Of a stretch of 64,000 nucleotides of DNA, positions 62,376-64,000 are shown one piece after another. Both the position numbers and the translations under genes were made by a program. Source of the stretch: a virus; IMG/VR virus record IMGVR_UViG_3300023202_000205, positions 115,365 through 179,364 of that record. One strand, 5' to 3'. Below the pieces are notes generated by a model. It was given only the letters and a program-made list of their open reading frames with translations. It ran no database searches and had not been told where the DNA came from. Within the stretch, counting starts at the first letter, position 1; each line of letters starts with the position of its first letter.

Positions 62376-63350
62376 TCACTTGGACAGCAGTTTGTTGATG
62401 CGGTTGAACAAGTTAGGAGGACAGTGGTCCGCCGACTTGGACAATGCAAAGGGTGCCGGCCAAGACTCGTGATGAATCTTGATAGCCGTCTTAGGCTTGG
62501 TGTTCACACGACACCCAGCCGCCTCCGCAGCCTGTATGACTTCTTTAGCGGAGGAGTTGTTGGTCAGCGGTTTGATACTTTCCTTCTTAGCCGCCTTCTT
62601 TTTCGCCTTCTTAACAGGTTTATCAGGAGCGCGATAAGCCGCCCCGTACTTCAGGTATTGCTGAAGAACTTCTTGGATACTACCATTACCCATCAGCTTT
62701 TTGGCCTTGCCCGCCTGGGAGTTTTTAGCTGCCCAGGGTATCACGTATTCCGGATCTGCGAAAACGCGAGGGGTGCCTCCCTCCGGACGGAGTCGGACAC
62801 CAAGACCTGACTTGTTGAGCCAACGATGAACGGTACTTCTGTTTACCGCTAACAGCTCTTCAAATCCATCGCTGCTTAGAAATATTTCTCCCCTAACATT
62901 GATTGCACAAGGTGTGCCGTCTTCTCTGGCCCGGACAACCGGGTTCTCCTGAGACACTTGCCCGCTAGTAGTGGGGGTATGTTTCTCAGCACTTTCGTCA
63001 GTAGCCGGCTTCTCGGGCCCTGGCTGGTCTTCTTTTTCCTCATCTTCGTCTTCCGAAGCTTCCCCAACTTCGTCTAGTATGAGGTCGCTCAAGTGGTCGA
63101 ACTGCTCCGAAAGACCAACTATATGATCCTCCAGGGATGAGAGATCAACCTTTGCCAGTTTAGCCGAGAGACTTTCGAAAAGAGGTTTGATGACGCCCTC
63201 TAGGGTTTCCGACTCTGAGGAGGCGTGGGTGCTATCCCCAAAAGAGAGGTTTGCAGTAACACCTTCCTCTGCCTCAGCCATCTTATGGATTTTTTCGACA
63301 AGTGCGCCCTTGGATAAGGGCGCGCTGATTGTGATGTGTAGTTGTGTCAT
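62376..63350 (-). CDS. multi-domain protein with central HTH and possible HicA-like C-terminal module
   Basis: EELLAVNRSTVHRWL; AKEVIQAAEAAGCRV...IKIHH. Confidence 0.5.
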   Translation of the reverse strand: MTQLHITISAPLSKGALVEKIHKMAEAEEGVTANLSFGDSTHASSESETLEGVIKPLFESLSAKLAKVDLSSLEDHIVGLSEQFDHLSDLILDEVGEASEDEDEEKEDQPGPEKPATDESAEKHTPTTSGQVSQENPVVRAREDGTPCAINVRGEIFLSSDGFEELLAVNRSTVHRWLNKSGLGVRLRPEGGTPRVFADPEYVIPWAAKNSQAGKAKKLMGNGSIQEVLQQYLKYGAAYRAPDKPVKKAKKKAAKKESIKPLTNNSSAKEVIQAAEAAGCRVNTKPKTAIKIHHESWPAPFALSKSADHCPPNLFNRINKLLSK

Positions 63351-63359
63351 GGAACCCTC

Positions 63360-63635
63360 TCAGAACAGCAGACTGCCGAGCATGAAAACGATCACGAGGG
63401 TCACGCACGCGCCAACCATCGTACCAACGTCCCTACGCTGTCTGGCTTTCTTCTGGGACCGGCTTTCTCCTCCGTGGAGGAAGAAGTCCGCTTTGTCGAA
63501 ATGAAAGGCTGGGTAGACATACTTGTTTGCGACATCGACGTCGTAAACAGGGCGTCCCTCCCAGGTAATGCGTACAGTGTTCAACTGTTTGGGGCAGTAG
63601 AATACTGCCAGTTCGAGTGCTTCGTTTATCTTCAT
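63360..63635 (-). CDS. small protein with C-terminal TM segment
   Basis: 91 aa, AAGGAG RBS. Confidence 0.55.
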   Translation of the reverse strand: MKINEALELAVFYCPKQLNTVRITWEGRPVYDVDVANKYVYPAFHFDKADFFLHGGESRSQKKARQRRDVGTMVGACVTLVIVFMLGSLLF

Positions 63636-63699
63636 TATATCCTCCTTGGGATCACGTGGTTATCGGGAGTATACGTGTTACACCCCCTATCTCATGCAC

Positions 63700-64000
63700 T
63701 TAGGGCCGTACACTGCAATTCGAGGGAGCTTCGACCCCCTCCGGCAGCGTGCCACCTCCGAGGTCGAGCAGTTGGAGCCCCTCTGGCAGCAGGGTGCCCT
63801 CAGGCAGTGTGCCACCTTCGAGGTCGAGCAGTTGGAGCCCCTCTGGCAGCACGGTGCCTGCCGGCAGCGTGCCACCTCCGAGGTAGAGCAGTTGGAGCCT
63901 CTCTGGCAGCACGGTGCCTGCCGGCAGCGTGCTGCCTCCGAGGTTGAGCCCGTGGAGTTTAGCCCATTCCTTCTCGGTGTAGGATACCCGTTTAATTATT
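63700..64000 (-). CDS. leucine-rich-repeat-like protein (5' end beyond the window)
   Basis: frame open to window edge; 20-aa unit LPEGLQLLDLGGGTLPAGTV. Confidence 0.65.
   Translation of the reverse strand, partial: IIKRVSYTEKEWAKLHGLNLGGSTLPAGTVLPERLQLLYLGGGTLPAGTVLPEGLQLLDLEGGTLPEGTLLPEGLQLLDLGGGTLPEGVEAPSNCSVRP
63743..63945. repeat. 60-bp coding tandem repeat, about 3.4 copies
   Basis: ggcag(c/t)gtg at 63743, 63803, 63863, 63923. Confidence 0.9.

Noticed and set aside
1-64000. tRNA/rRNA genes, cas1/cas2/cas4, integrase, capsid or tail genes
   Set aside because: No T-loop/cloverleaf or corresponding protein motifs seen by eye; tRNAscan and HMM searches would be needed to exclude them.

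Overview
Segment of a large lytic-type dsDNA phage genome. Almost all genes are on the minus strand; the only large plus-strand gene is a GpA-type terminase large subunit. From right to left: accessory genes, a Pif1/RecD-like helicase, and a split type V-M CRISPR locus. That locus has a nuclease-dead Cas12m-like effector, an unknown 213-aa partner ORF, and two arrays (9 and 13 repeats) with near-identical 172-bp leaders but different spacers; no cas1/cas2 is in the window. Next comes a replication/recombination block (SbcD, SbcC, SF2 helicase, DnaB, primase, UDG-fused PolA, SSB, RecA/UvsX, RusA, RuvB, RuvA) interleaved with two complete ubiquitin-like conjugation modules (Ubl, E1/ThiF, E2, JAB). 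Then an origin-like noncoding region (46-bp repeats, 145-bp palindrome) and an accessory region with a DUF6745 protein carrying about 68 24-bp repeats. Three solitary copies of the CRISPR repeat (10373, 14049, 53071) lie in 5' regions of phage genes, one of them cas12m itself, suggesting a Cas12m-based regulatory network. A TGTTC-N4-GAACA palindrome (Verrucomicrobia-type LexA box) occurs five times. Protein calls come from motifs recognised by eye, not from database searches.
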